Shown: positions 1-6,596 of the stretch, one piece after another
How positions within the stretch are numbered: position 1 is the first letter of the stretch
Layout: each line of letters starts with the position of its first letter
Source: a virus
Length of the DNA stretch: 39,015 nucleotides
Virus record (IMG/VR): IMGVR_UViG_3300045257_000314
Coordinates: 1 to 39,015 of that record
Direction: 5' to 3' (one strand)
The notes under the pieces: generated by a model
Database searches by the model: none
The model's input: the letters and a program-made list of their open reading frames with translations, nothing else
Told to the model about the DNA's origin: nothing
Position numbers and translations under genes: made by a program

Positions 1-127
1 GGCTCGAGCTCGTCCTGGCCGCACTTGTAGCACCAGTTGCCGGTGCGGGGTGGCGGTGCTCCGTCGGTCGGGGAGACGACCTCGCTGCGGTGCCCGCCGT
101 TGCAGTCCGGGCAGCGCAGGGCTTTGC
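1..127. repeat. Left copy of an exact 127-bp terminal direct repeat (identical to 38889..39015). The contig closes into a 38,888-bp circle.
   Basis: Bases 1-127 (ggctcgagctcgtcctggcc...gcagcgcagggctttgc) recur base for base as the last 127 bases of the window. Confidence 0.95.
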
Positions 128-422
128 CGAAACGTGGGTCCGAGATCGGCACGTCGGCCCTCACGTACCCGACACCAGCGCAGTGGACGCAGTCGGTCTG
201 GAGGTAGCGACTGCGCGTCGGCAGGATCGGCTCGGTGACGATCCCGGCGTGGAGCACCTCGTCCTTGGCGAGGTCTCTGGCCAGCCACGCCTCGAGGCGA
301 TCGCTATCGGGCACGGTGGCCGTCTCGAAGTAGCGAGTCCAGGACAACTCGAACGCCGCTTCGTCGGTGAACCTGGCGCGCCAATCGGCAGCGATAAAGC
401 GGGCATCGTCAGCCGACAGCAC
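1..422 (-). CDS. 5' portion of a junction-spanning gene: DnaJ-type CxxCxGxG zinc-finger protein, 162 aa once the circle is closed (422->1, then 38888->38822)
   Basis: GTG at 420-422 is the first start after an in-frame TAA. The frame reads VLSADDARFIAADWRARFTDEAAFELSW...CVHCAGVGYV...CPDCNGGH...NWCYKCGQDELE. It continues across the repeat to a TGA that overlaps the next ATG (ATGA). It is absent from the ORF track because it runs off the window edge. Confidence 0.6.
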   Translation of the reverse strand, partial: MLSADDARFIAADWRARFTDEAAFELSWTRYFETATVPDSDRLEAWLARDLAKDEVLHAGIVTEPILPTRSRYLQTDCVHCAGVGYVRADVPISDPRFGKALRCPDCNGGHRSEVVSPTDGAPPPRTGNWCYKCGQDELE

Positions 423-1113
423 CGTCGTCTTCGCCCGTCTTTAAATTTTTTTGAACTGGCTGGCCTGGCTCGGCCCGGCTGGCCCGTTCGCGTTCAATTC
501 GGCTCAAGTGTTCGGCCAGGAGCTTGGGGTCTGGGCCGTTCTCGCGCGCACGCACGCCCGGGGCCGGGCCGGGACGAGCCGGGCCAGCCGGATTTAACTT
601 TTCAGGCCGGGAGAGAGACGTCTCCGGTCCGGTATGGTCCGGTAGGTCCGGTAGGTCCGGTATGGTCCGGTCCGGTAGCCCCACACGTGCGTCGCTACCG
701 GGTAGCCCCACACGTGCATGCACGGTCTCTCCGGACGTGGGTTGCACACCATTTGCACCGTGCGCTGCACGTGCACGGTGCATGCGCTCGCGGTTCGTGG
801 CACGACGGTCGATCAGCTTGCCTGCATATTCCTCCCAGTCATGGATGCGTGCGCCTGACTCGTCACCCTCCAGAAAGCCCACCTCCACGAGCGCCTGTAA
901 AAGACGCTCGGGCTTGCCCCTCCACTGGCAGGCGTGCGCGATGATTGACGGACTGTGGCGCTTCAGTTCACCATCCGGTGCATAGTCCAGGGCCCACCAC
1001 CACAGGTAGTGGAGGTGTCCGACCGCCGTCGGCAGGCTCACCCCGAGCTGGTGCGCGAGCGCGATCGTCTTCGGGTGTTGCCCGATCGCCTGATGGCTTT
1101 CTATCCAGGCCAT
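409..1113 (-). CDS. Putative replication initiator / replisome-organizer-like protein
   Basis: 234-aa ORF. The N-terminus (HLHYLWWWALDYAPDGEL...VEVGFLEGDESGARIHDWEEY) resembles phage replisome-organizer N-terminal domains. The middle is encoded by DNA repeats (ARVGLP x2, PDLPDLPD). It lies directly downstream of the VRR-NUC gene with no spacer, in the replication/recombination operon. Confidence 0.45.
   Translation of the reverse strand: MAWIESHQAIGQHPKTIALAHQLGVSLPTAVGHLHYLWWWALDYAPDGELKRHSPSIIAHACQWRGKPERLLQALVEVGFLEGDESGARIHDWEEYAGKLIDRRATNRERMHRARAAHGANGVQPTSGETVHARVGLPGSDARVGLPDRTIPDLPDLPDHTGPETSLSRPEKLNPAGPARPGPAPGVRARENGPDPKLLAEHLSRIERERASRAEPGQPVQKNLKTGEDDGAVG
438..460. promoter_or_regulatory. 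Isolated AT-rich tract, a candidate DNA-unwinding element of an origin
   Basis: tctttaaatttttttgaactgg is a conspicuously AT-rich run for this high-GC window. It lies about 170 bp from the iteron array. Confidence 0.35.
626..677. repeat. Six copies of GGTCCGGTA with 9-10 bp phasing - candidate replication iterons
   Basis: Copies start at 626, 636, 645, 654, 664 (last base differs) and 669. They lie inside the 409..1113 coding frame and encode PDLPDLPD. Confidence 0.6.
674..717. repeat. 17-bp direct repeat GGTAGCCCCACACGTGC x2
   Basis: Copies at 674-690 and 701-717. Further CACGTGCA / GCATGC palindromic motifs continue to about 790. Confidence 0.6.
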
Positions 1114-1473
1114 TCAGACTCCCAGCACGCGCTTGATGTCGGACTCCATGTCCGGCCTCCACACCGGCGCCAGCACACCGGTGGCTTGATTCAACACCTC
1201 CAGCCACCGTTTCTGATCCTTGCTCACACGACCGGCGGATGCCTTCAACTCCGGCAGAATGAGCGGATACCCCGCCTTTGCAAAAATCCAATCCGGAATG
1301 CCGAACGCATCGCCGTGGCCGTCATGTCGGGTGGTATGCACGCCCTCCACCACCGCCTGGGAGTAGCGCACGTGATAGCCGCACCACCCCGCGCGCGCCG
1401 CCCACCGTTTCAGTTGGCGGGCGAACTCCTCCTCGCCGACGGCGCCCAGCAGGACCTGGCGACCGGTGCTCAT
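1114..1473 (-). CDS. VRR-NUC domain nuclease (PD-(D/E)xK fold; Holliday-junction-resolvase-type)
   Basis: The internal ATG at 1473 overlaps the upstream stop (ATGA). Motifs: AGWCGYHV...GIPDWIF...LPELKASAGRVSKDQKRWLEVL. The 75 upstream residues of the tracked ORF are Arg/Pro-rich out-of-frame junk. Confidence 0.8.
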   Translation of the reverse strand: MSTGRQVLLGAVGEEEFARQLKRWAARAGWCGYHVRYSQAVVEGVHTTRHDGHGDAFGIPDWIFAKAGYPLILPELKASAGRVSKDQKRWLEVLNQATGVLAPVWRPDMESDIKRVLGV

Positions 1474-1643
1474 GTCGGTGTGCCGCCGCGACGTTTGGGG
1501 TCTGGCCGATGCAGGAGGATGACGTCCAGGGTCTTGCCGGACACCACGCTCAGGTCCACTACCCGGAGTACCCCGGGCAGCAGCCGGATGGCGTCCAAGA
1601 TGCCCGCACCACCCTGGGCACGGTGCTGATCGACGTCCTCCAC
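1470..1643 (-). CDS. Small hypothetical protein (~57 aa)
   Basis: Hand-counted positional GC for 1501-1560 fits this frame (third about 85%, second about 25%). Its stop overlaps the VRR-NUC ATG. GTG at 1643 is the first start after the upstream gene ends. No clear SD. Confidence 0.5.
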   Translation of the reverse strand: MEDVDQHRAQGGAGILDAIRLLPGVLRVVDLSVVSGKTLDVILLHRPDPKRRGGTPT

Positions 1644-1663
1644 CTCGACACACAGAAACCGGC

Positions 1664-2044
1664 TCAAAACGGGAGGTCCTCGCGGGTGAGCCCTGCACCG
1701 ACAGTCTGCGCGGCGCGCTCTTCCTCGCGCCTCCGGTCGCGCTCGAGACGCGCCTGCTCCTCGCAAGCCTTGTGGCTGTACGTCTCCCAATCGTCGAGCG
1801 GCTGCTCGCAGTAGTTGCAGACGTGCGGCCGCGGGTTGACCGCGCGGCGGATGTTCAGCGTCTCCGACTCGCCGAGTTCGACCCGGACGTGCGAGGTTGC
1901 CGTTGCCATGAGGCCAACTGTGGCCCGTTCGACGTCTTCTCCGTCCAGGAGTTCTGCGGTGTAGGACACCTCGGCGGACTGGTGGCCGTAGTTGCCGTCG
2001 CTGAACATCTTCTGGACTCTGACACTGACGACCGTGACCTTCAT
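1664..2044 (-). CDS. Hypothetical protein with a C-terminal Cys/His cluster
   Basis: 126-aa ORF. ATG at 2044 overlaps the upstream stop (ATGA). CNYCEQPLDDWETYSHKAC is followed by a charged helix. Confidence 0.65.
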   Translation of the reverse strand: MKVTVVSVRVQKMFSDGNYGHQSAEVSYTAELLDGEDVERATVGLMATATSHVRVELGESETLNIRRAVNPRPHVCNYCEQPLDDWETYSHKACEEQARLERDRRREEERAAQTVGAGLTREDLPF

Positions 2045-2469
2045 GCCCTCGCCTTCGCGGCGACGCCGTTCTGCTCGGCGTCTGCCATCACCAATTGCAA
2101 AGCGACTGCTCTGACATAGCGCTCCTGCTCGGCGGGCTTCCAGAAACCGTGCCGATATAGCACTTCGCCGAACTCCTCAATGTCGTGCCCGCGCATGCCC
2201 CAGCGGTAGTCGTGGTCTGACTCGTCGTAGGTGTCGCGGGTCTGATCGAAGCGGCGCCAGAACGCTGGCCGCTCCGACTCATCCTTGACGAACAGCGCGC
2301 AGTGGCACAGTTCGTGGTCCACCAACGCCACGCGGGGGTCACAGCGCTTCCGCGGCTGGTCGGTGAAGATGTACAGCACCTGCGCCTCCAGCAGGTGGGG
2401 ATGGTGCTCGGCGATCAACCCGCGGGCGATGTCCCGCGGCTCACTGGCAACGCTCATGGTTGCCGTCAT
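2041..2469 (-). CDS. Putative phage metallopeptidase (HExxH)
   Basis: ATG at 2469 shares one base with the RecT stop. The VALVDHELCHCALF zinc-metalloprotease motif and a position just downstream of recT are typical of the putative phage metallopeptidase family. Confidence 0.6.
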   Translation of the reverse strand: MTATMSVASEPRDIARGLIAEHHPHLLEAQVLYIFTDQPRKRCDPRVALVDHELCHCALFVKDESERPAFWRRFDQTRDTYDESDHDYRWGMRGHDIEEFGEVLYRHGFWKPAEQERYVRAVALQLVMADAEQNGVAAKARA

Positions 2470-3467
2470 CAGATGCTTGCCTTCGCCTGCTCCGCGACAA
2501 GCGCCTGGTCGAGCTCGTGGTTTTTGATGCGCTCGAGCAGGACGCGATTCGCCTCGGCGACGACGTCGTCCGTCGAGCGGTTGTTCAGCACGGGCAACCC
2601 CTGCAGTCCGAGTTTTTGGGCCTGCTGCACCAGTTTTCGGTTGTCCGCCCACGCCGCGATGATGGGCCGCTCGAGCACCTCGTCAGTCTCAACGTCCCGC
2701 GGCGCCGTCTTTTCCGCCTCGGTCGGCGGCGTGGTTGGCGCCGGCTGATCGAAGTACGTGCCGTCCTCCTCGCTGCCGTGGATGCGGTCGTAGTCGGCCG
2801 GGTTGAACGCTGGCCGCGCAGCCGGGCGCGTAGTGACCTCTTCGACCTCGACCTCAGCGATCTCGACCGCCCGTACAGGCATGCCCACCAGTTCAGCCGC
2901 GAAGCCTTTTCGGAGAGCCTGCGCCTCGGCGTCTTTGGCCAGCATCAGTCTCGGCTTACTGCGGTACATCGCCCCCACTGGGCCATCGCCCGGATAAAAC
3001 TCGTCCCAGAACGCCTGGCCTGTATACGCGCACTTCCGCCCCTGGACAATACGCCAGACCACCACCTGCGCCTCGGACGGCACTATCAGCGTGCGGTTGC
3101 CGTCCTTCAGCTCCTGCGCCCCGCGGAAGACCGCCGGCTCGCTGCCGGCGTACGCTCCGCTCCGGCTGGCGATCAGGCGGAACCCATCGATGCCGACCTG
3201 CAGGGCGCCCTTCCCCGCACGACGGATCCAGTACGCCTGGTTGGACAGCGGGTCCAGGCCCAACTGCTTGCAGGCATGCAGGAACATGCCCATCTCGATC
3301 GGCGGCGCGGGATCCTTGCCCTGCTTTTGACGGATGAGCGCAATCGTGGCCAGGTCGACGCCGGTCATCTCGACGACCTGCGCCCACTGGCGGATCTCCG
3401 CGTCCTGCGGCGTCTGCGCGCCGGCGGCCTGAGTGGTGGCAATCGCTCGGGTGTCAGTAGTAGCCAT
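2469..3467 (-). CDS. recT: RecT-family single-strand annealing recombinase
   Basis: 332 aa. Motifs: CKQLGLDPLSNQAYWI, LQVGIDGFRLIASRSGAYAG, RLMLAKDAEAQALRKGF. Confidence 0.85.
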   Translation of the reverse strand: MATTDTRAIATTQAAGAQTPQDAEIRQWAQVVEMTGVDLATIALIRQKQGKDPAPPIEMGMFLHACKQLGLDPLSNQAYWIRRAGKGALQVGIDGFRLIASRSGAYAGSEPAVFRGAQELKDGNRTLIVPSEAQVVVWRIVQGRKCAYTGQAFWDEFYPGDGPVGAMYRSKPRLMLAKDAEAQALRKGFAAELVGMPVRAVEIAEVEVEEVTTRPAARPAFNPADYDRIHGSEEDGTYFDQPAPTTPPTEAEKTAPRDVETDEVLERPIIAAWADNRKLVQQAQKLGLQGLPVLNNRSTDDVVAEANRVLLERIKNHELDQALVAEQAKASI

Positions 3468-3479
3468 ACATCGTCCTCC

Positions 3480-3695
3480 TCATCCATGCACCAGACGGCC
3501 CACGGCGCTGATGGCTTGCCACAACAGGCACGCCACGCCGCCGAGCACCATCAGGCAACTCACCAGAATCACGCCCCACAAGGAAAGAAAGACCCAGTCC
3601 GTTCCTCGCCGCCGTCGCCGCGGGGATTCGCCGACGCGGTAGACCTCCGTGTTGTTGAGCAGCACGTACTTGCGGCGCGCCTGCAGCTTGTTCAT
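3480..3695 (-). CDS. Small membrane protein (one TM)
   Basis: ATG at 3695 overlaps the methyltransferase stop (ATGA). MNKLQARRKYVLLNN... is followed by the hydrophobic WVFLSLWGVILVSCLMVLGGVACLLW. Confidence 0.6.
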   Translation of the reverse strand: MNKLQARRKYVLLNNTEVYRVGESPRRRRRGTDWVFLSLWGVILVSCLMVLGGVACLLWQAISAVGRLVHG

Positions 3696-4231
3696 GCCAC
3701 CATCCAGAACATGTGGCGCTGCCATTTCTCCCAGGCGCGCATAACCCCACCGGAGCCAGGGAACAGATCGACAAACTCGTCGCCTGGTTGCAAGTTCATC
3801 AACTGAAACAGCCAGAATGAGAACGTTTCTGGCTTCTTACCCTTCGTGTGACCCGTACCGGGCTCGTCGCGCATCACGGCATTGGCGGATACCCAGTCAC
3901 GGGTAAATCCATCGCGCTTGCCGCGCTTGCGTCCTCCACGCCATAGGACCGGCTCCCAGGCGTGCTTGATCCCCACGCCTGGCTTGAACGACGCCCAGGG
4001 CTTCACCCACGCACCCACGCGCACGTCATCAGGGCAAAGCGCAAGCAATGTTCGCAGCGACGGCACGTGACAGCTCAATGCCCACCCATCCGGAAAGTCT
4101 TCCGACAGGCGGGTGGGCAGCGCCGCGTGGTCGACCTCGCCGGCATAGTCCGGATGGTTCTTGTAGTGAGCGGCGGCCTGGCCGATGTACGGCGGATCGG
4201 CATACGCCACTAACACCCGCTCACCACCCAT
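3692..4231 (-). CDS. DNA methyltransferase (N6-adenine/N4-cytosine type, beta-class motif order)
   Basis: VLVAYADPPY (motif IV) lies near the N-terminus and DLFPGSGGV (motif I) near the C-terminus. ATG at 4231 is chosen because the upstream residues look out of frame. No cognate nuclease is nearby. Confidence 0.75.
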   Translation of the reverse strand: MGGERVLVAYADPPYIGQAAAHYKNHPDYAGEVDHAALPTRLSEDFPDGWALSCHVPSLRTLLALCPDDVRVGAWVKPWASFKPGVGIKHAWEPVLWRGGRKRGKRDGFTRDWVSANAVMRDEPGTGHTKGKKPETFSFWLFQLMNLQPGDEFVDLFPGSGGVMRAWEKWQRHMFWMVA

Positions 4232-4593
4232 TGCCGCCGCCGTCCCATGGCGAGGTCGTGGGCGGCCACCAGGCGTGCCTGCCACGGTGTCCACAACGAC
4301 CACTCAGGGTGTCCCATTTCCAGCGCTCCGCGGCGGAACGTGGCCGGGAAATACTGCAGCACGCCACCCGCGCCGCTGCCGCCGCGGTTCCACACGTTGG
4401 CCCCGCCAGACTCCTTGGCCTCGATGCACGCAACCCGCGGATCGACCACAGGCTGCTCGTCCTCGGCGACGACCTGGTCCTGGGTGTCGTCGGCGACGAC
4501 GGTAGTGACCACGGGATCGTCGGATGCGTCGCGTGCACTGGCCGTGTGCGTCGTCAGCACCAGCAGCGTCGCCGACAGGAGGGCCACCCTCAC
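4210..4593 (-). CDS. Secreted Rpf-like / transglycosylase-like domain protein
   Basis: GTG at 4593 sits 7 nt after GGAGGA (4601-4606). Signal peptide VRVALLSATLLVLTTHTASA, then an acidic linker, then CIEAKESGGANVWNRGGSGAGGVLQYFPATF...WVVSGC. This domain is bounded by Cys residues as in Rpf. Confidence 0.65.
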   Translation of the reverse strand: MRVALLSATLLVLTTHTASARDASDDPVVTTVVADDTQDQVVAEDEQPVVDPRVACIEAKESGGANVWNRGGSGAGGVLQYFPATFRRGALEMGHPEWSLWTPWQARLVAAHDLAMGRRRQWVVSGC

Positions 4594-4763
4594 GACACGA
4601 TCCTCCGCACGTCGTCTGGGCTGAACGCCCACTCGAAGCCATCGCGGTCGCAGCTCCAACCCCAGCCGTGGTAGGCAATGCGCCAATACTGCCGCTTGTG
4701 TCGTAGCCGGCACCACAGCAGCCATGGCAACTGCACCAGGAACGTCAACAGAGCCAGCAGCAT
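4590..4763 (-). CDS. Small membrane protein (57 aa)
   Basis: ATG at 4763 shares a base with the upstream stop. The stop overlaps the next GTG (GTGA). MLLALLTFLVQLPWLLWCRL is hydrophobic. Confidence 0.55.
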   Translation of the reverse strand: MLLALLTFLVQLPWLLWCRLRHKRQYWRIAYHGWGWSCDRDGFEWAFSPDDVRRIVS

Positions 4764-5050
4764 CAGGCCACATACCCCGCTGGCATCCAGCGCTGAACGA
4801 TCGCCATACGACGCTCCTCTTCGGGTGTGCCGCGCACGTCCACCACCGCTCCCACTGACCGTTGCTCGCGTGGTGTCAGCCGACGTCGAATGTGGAATGC
4901 AAAACCCGTGTACTGCTCCCACTCGCCGAGCCGTGCATCGCCCACGCCCTTCAGCGCGAGCCTGGCCGCCGCCTGGAGTACCACCGCCGACCATGACCGA
5001 CCTGGGAGAGGTGCTGCGCTCGCGTGCCACACGGGCCCGCCCAGGTTCAT
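4763..5050 (-). CDS. Hypothetical protein
   Basis: 95-aa ORF with an ATG start: MNLGGPVWHASAAPLPG... Confidence 0.6.
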   Translation of the reverse strand: MNLGGPVWHASAAPLPGRSWSAVVLQAAARLALKGVGDARLGEWEQYTGFAFHIRRRLTPREQRSVGAVVDVRGTPEEERRMAIVQRWMPAGYVA

Positions 5051-5056
5051 TTCCAG

Positions 5057-5188
5057 TCACTCATAGCCGGAGTTGACCGACAGCACGATCGAAATGGCGC
5101 CGAGCTGCTCGTAGCGGAGCTGAGGCCGCAGCGTCTCCTCAGCCAGCCGGCAGTGATGCTCGAGCGCGATCTGCTGATGACGATTCAC
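5057..5188 (-). CDS. Small hypothetical protein (43 aa, below the ORF-track cutoff)
   Basis: GTG at 5186-5188 overlaps the upstream TGA (GTGA). It reads VNRHQQIALEHHCRLAEETLRPQLRYEQLGAISIVLSVNSGYE. Hand-counted positional GC (third about 85%, second about 35%) fits this frame. Confidence 0.5.
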   Translation of the reverse strand: MNRHQQIALEHHCRLAEETLRPQLRYEQLGAISIVLSVNSGYE

Positions 5189-5451
5189 GACTCGTCCTGC
5201 TCGAGCCAGGCGATCAATTCGCGCAGCGTGGGCACGAGCTCGGCGAGCCGCGCGGTACTGCGCAGCACGTCCGAGCCGCCCGCGCGCCAGCCGGCCAGGA
5301 ACGCCTCGCGCAGGTCGAGCGACGGTAAGGGAAGCTGCTCGGCCTGCTCGAACCGCGCCCAGGCTCGGGAGACGCGTTCGTCCACGGTCAGTGTCCTCGG
5401 TTCTGGAATGGGCACGCTCGAGTCGAGAAACATCGGCGACGGTGGGCGCAC
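5185..5451 (-). CDS. Hypothetical acidic helical protein
   Basis: 88-aa ORF. GTG at 5451 lies 2 nt after the RHH stop. An alternative ATG is at 5433. Confidence 0.55.
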   Translation of the reverse strand: MRPPSPMFLDSSVPIPEPRTLTVDERVSRAWARFEQAEQLPLPSLDLREAFLAGWRAGGSDVLRSTARLAELVPTLRELIAWLEQDES

Positions 5452-5453
5452 GG

Positions 5454-5633
5454 CTACGCCGCGACCGAATCAGCTACAGGTTCAGTTGTTTCGAGGGCGC
5501 GTCGAGCGATCTCTTCGTCAATCTTCAGGTCCAGCAAATAATTGGCCTGTTCGCGCACCGAGCGACGGTCGTCGGTCGCCATGCGACGCAGCCGGTCTTC
5601 TTTGTCGGGCCGAATCTCCACCTGGAATCGCAT
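5454..5633 (-). CDS. Ribbon-helix-helix (Arc/CopG-like) DNA-binding protein
   Basis: MRFQVEIRPDKEDRLRRMATDDRRSVREQANYLLDLKIDEE shows a beta-strand/helix/helix pattern. ATG at 5633 lies immediately downstream of the left inverted-repeat unit, which carries phased CCGGCA repeats. Confidence 0.7.
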   Translation of the reverse strand: MRFQVEIRPDKEDRLRRMATDDRRSVREQANYLLDLKIDEEIARRALETTEPVADSVAA

Positions 5634-5635
5634 GC

Positions 5636-5702
5636 TCGATAGCGTGCACCCGCCGGCACCCCTCCGGCAGGACACAGGAGGACAAAGTGTTTATTTGTCC
5701 GC
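5636..5702. repeat. Left arm of a ~65-bp imperfect inverted repeat (hairpin plus phased CCGGCA repeats plus leader)
   Basis: tcgatagcgtgcacccgccggcacccctccggcaggacacaggaggacaaagtgtttatttgtccgc aligns with the reverse complement of 6596-6660. Shared blocks: cgccggcaccc, ccggcaggacacagg, ggacaaa and tttgtccgc. The hairpin stem is conserved and the 7-nt loop differs. Confidence 0.85.
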
Positions 5703-6200
5703 TGGCCTCCCCGGCGGGTCCACGGGCCAGGTCGACGGCGGCCAAAAATCGGGCCTGAGACCGTGCGGGTCGGCCATGTTGCGCGAGGTGGTTTTGGGCG
5801 CCGGACCACCCGCGGCAAAGATCATTTCTTTGGTGACGCGGTCGTCGGGACTGAGGTGATTGTCGCGCCGCACGATCGCCTCAAGCCGCTGATAGAACGC
5901 TCGAAAAGTGTGCCATTCACGTAGCTCTTTGTTCTGCGGCAGGCGCGCACGCTTCGTCGGCTCCCTGGGTGGCGGCACCGCGTTCCGTTGCGCCAGGAGC
6001 TCGAGCGTATGGGCGATGTCGGCCTGCGCGGCAGCGAGGTCCTGGAGCATCCGCAGCAAGCGCGGATCGCTCTCGGAAAACATGGGCAGTTGCCTATCGT
6101 CAGGCACCGGCATGGACTCCGGCAGCACGACAGCGGACACATTGAAATCTGTCCCCCGTGCCGGCATCGGATACACGCGCCACCCGCCCCGCCTCCACAT
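5691..6200 (-). CDS. Hypothetical early protein with a possible C-terminal helix-turn-helix
   Basis: The tracked ORF opens at GTG 6239, inside the palindrome. ATG 6200 or ATG 6167 are more likely starts. VTKEMIFAAGGPAPKTTSRNMADPHGL looks HTH-like. The stop TAA lies in the loop of the left hairpin. Confidence 0.5.
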   Translation of the reverse strand: MWRRGGWRVYPMPARGTDFNVSAVVLPESMPVPDDRQLPMFSESDPRLLRMLQDLAAAQADIAHTLELLAQRNAVPPPREPTKRARLPQNKELREWHTFRAFYQRLEAIVRRDNHLSPDDRVTKEMIFAAGGPAPKTTSRNMADPHGLRPDFWPPSTWPVDPPGRPADK

Positions 6201-6219
6201 GTCAGGAGTTGATTGTAGA

Positions 6220-6243
6220 ACATGTGTTCCAGGGAACACATGT
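6220..6243. promoter_or_regulatory. Perfect 11-bp-arm palindrome (ACATGTGTTCC-ag-GGAACACATGT), a candidate operator
   Basis: Read directly from the sequence. It lies at the head of the leftward early operon in the divergent region opposite the XRE gene. Confidence 0.6.
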
Positions 6244-6318
6244 CTTCTGACTCGGGCGCGGTGCCGCCGGGCCGCGTCTACTCAGCGATTGCCTACTGTA
6301 GCCGAACTGAAGCAATAA

Positions 6319-6371
6319 CGCGACTGTTTCGCGACTTGAGAGGCACGTTCTGGGCACTAGTCGCGTAGTCG
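6319..6371. promoter_or_regulatory. Cluster of CGCGACT / AGTCGCG / TAGTCG motifs, candidate repressor-binding sites
   Basis: CGCGACT at 6319 and 6330 (11 bp apart). Its inverse AGTCGCG at 6359. TAGTCG at 6358 and 6366. Confidence 0.4.
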
Positions 6372-6395
6372 TAGCGTTGGTGATCCTGTACCGTA

Positions 6396-6596
6396 GTGCT
6401 TGTGCCGGCTTTGCTACGCCGTTATCGAGATGCGCTCTCGCTCTCCCAGGGGGAGTTGGCCAAGCGCGCCGGAATAGCCCGTACGACGGTGAACAAACTC
6501 GAACGGGGCCAGGCTCAGCCGCGACCCTCGACCCTGCGCAGACTGGCCAAGGCGCTGCACGTCAAGCCTACCGACCTGCAGCCGCAAGATCCCTAG
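6396..6596 (+). CDS. XRE-family (Cro/CI-type) helix-turn-helix regulator
   Basis: 66 aa with a GTG start (GTG 6402 is also possible). LSLSQGELAKRAGIARTTVNKLERGQ. The tail RPSTLRRLAKALHVKPTDL is paralogous to the 8824 gene. Confidence 0.8.
   Translation: MLVPALLRRYRDALSLSQGELAKRAGIARTTVNKLERGQAQPRPSTLRRLAKALHVKPTDLQPQDP

Noticed and set aside
161-406. The 81-aa minus-strand ORF at the left edge
   Set aside because: It is in the wrong frame and its product is Ser/Arg/Pro-rich. A different frame reads cleanly through the edge, carries zinc-finger motifs and closes across the circle junction.
626-717. The short tandem repeats as a CRISPR array or a mobile-element end
   Set aside because: The units are only 9 bp with 0-1 bp between them, so there are no spacers. 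They lie in frame inside a gene. Iterons or a peptide repeat are the sensible readings.
2460-3806. Long plus-strand ORFs antisense to minus-strand genes (for example 2460-3806, 15892-17106, 19338-20576, 35931-37361, 90-944)
   Set aside because: These are typical shadow ORFs of a high-GC genome. Their products are Arg/Ala/Gly/Pro-rich with no motifs. The opposite strand carries genes with clear family signatures (RecT, terminase and others). Hand-counted positional GC favours the minus-strand frames wherever I checked.
5185-5633. RHH protein plus the downstream 88-aa protein as a toxin-antitoxin pair
   Set aside because: The 88-aa product is acidic and helical and has no RelE/ParE/VapC-like features. 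The RHH gene sits behind phased repeats at a switch boundary, which fits a transcriptional regulator better.
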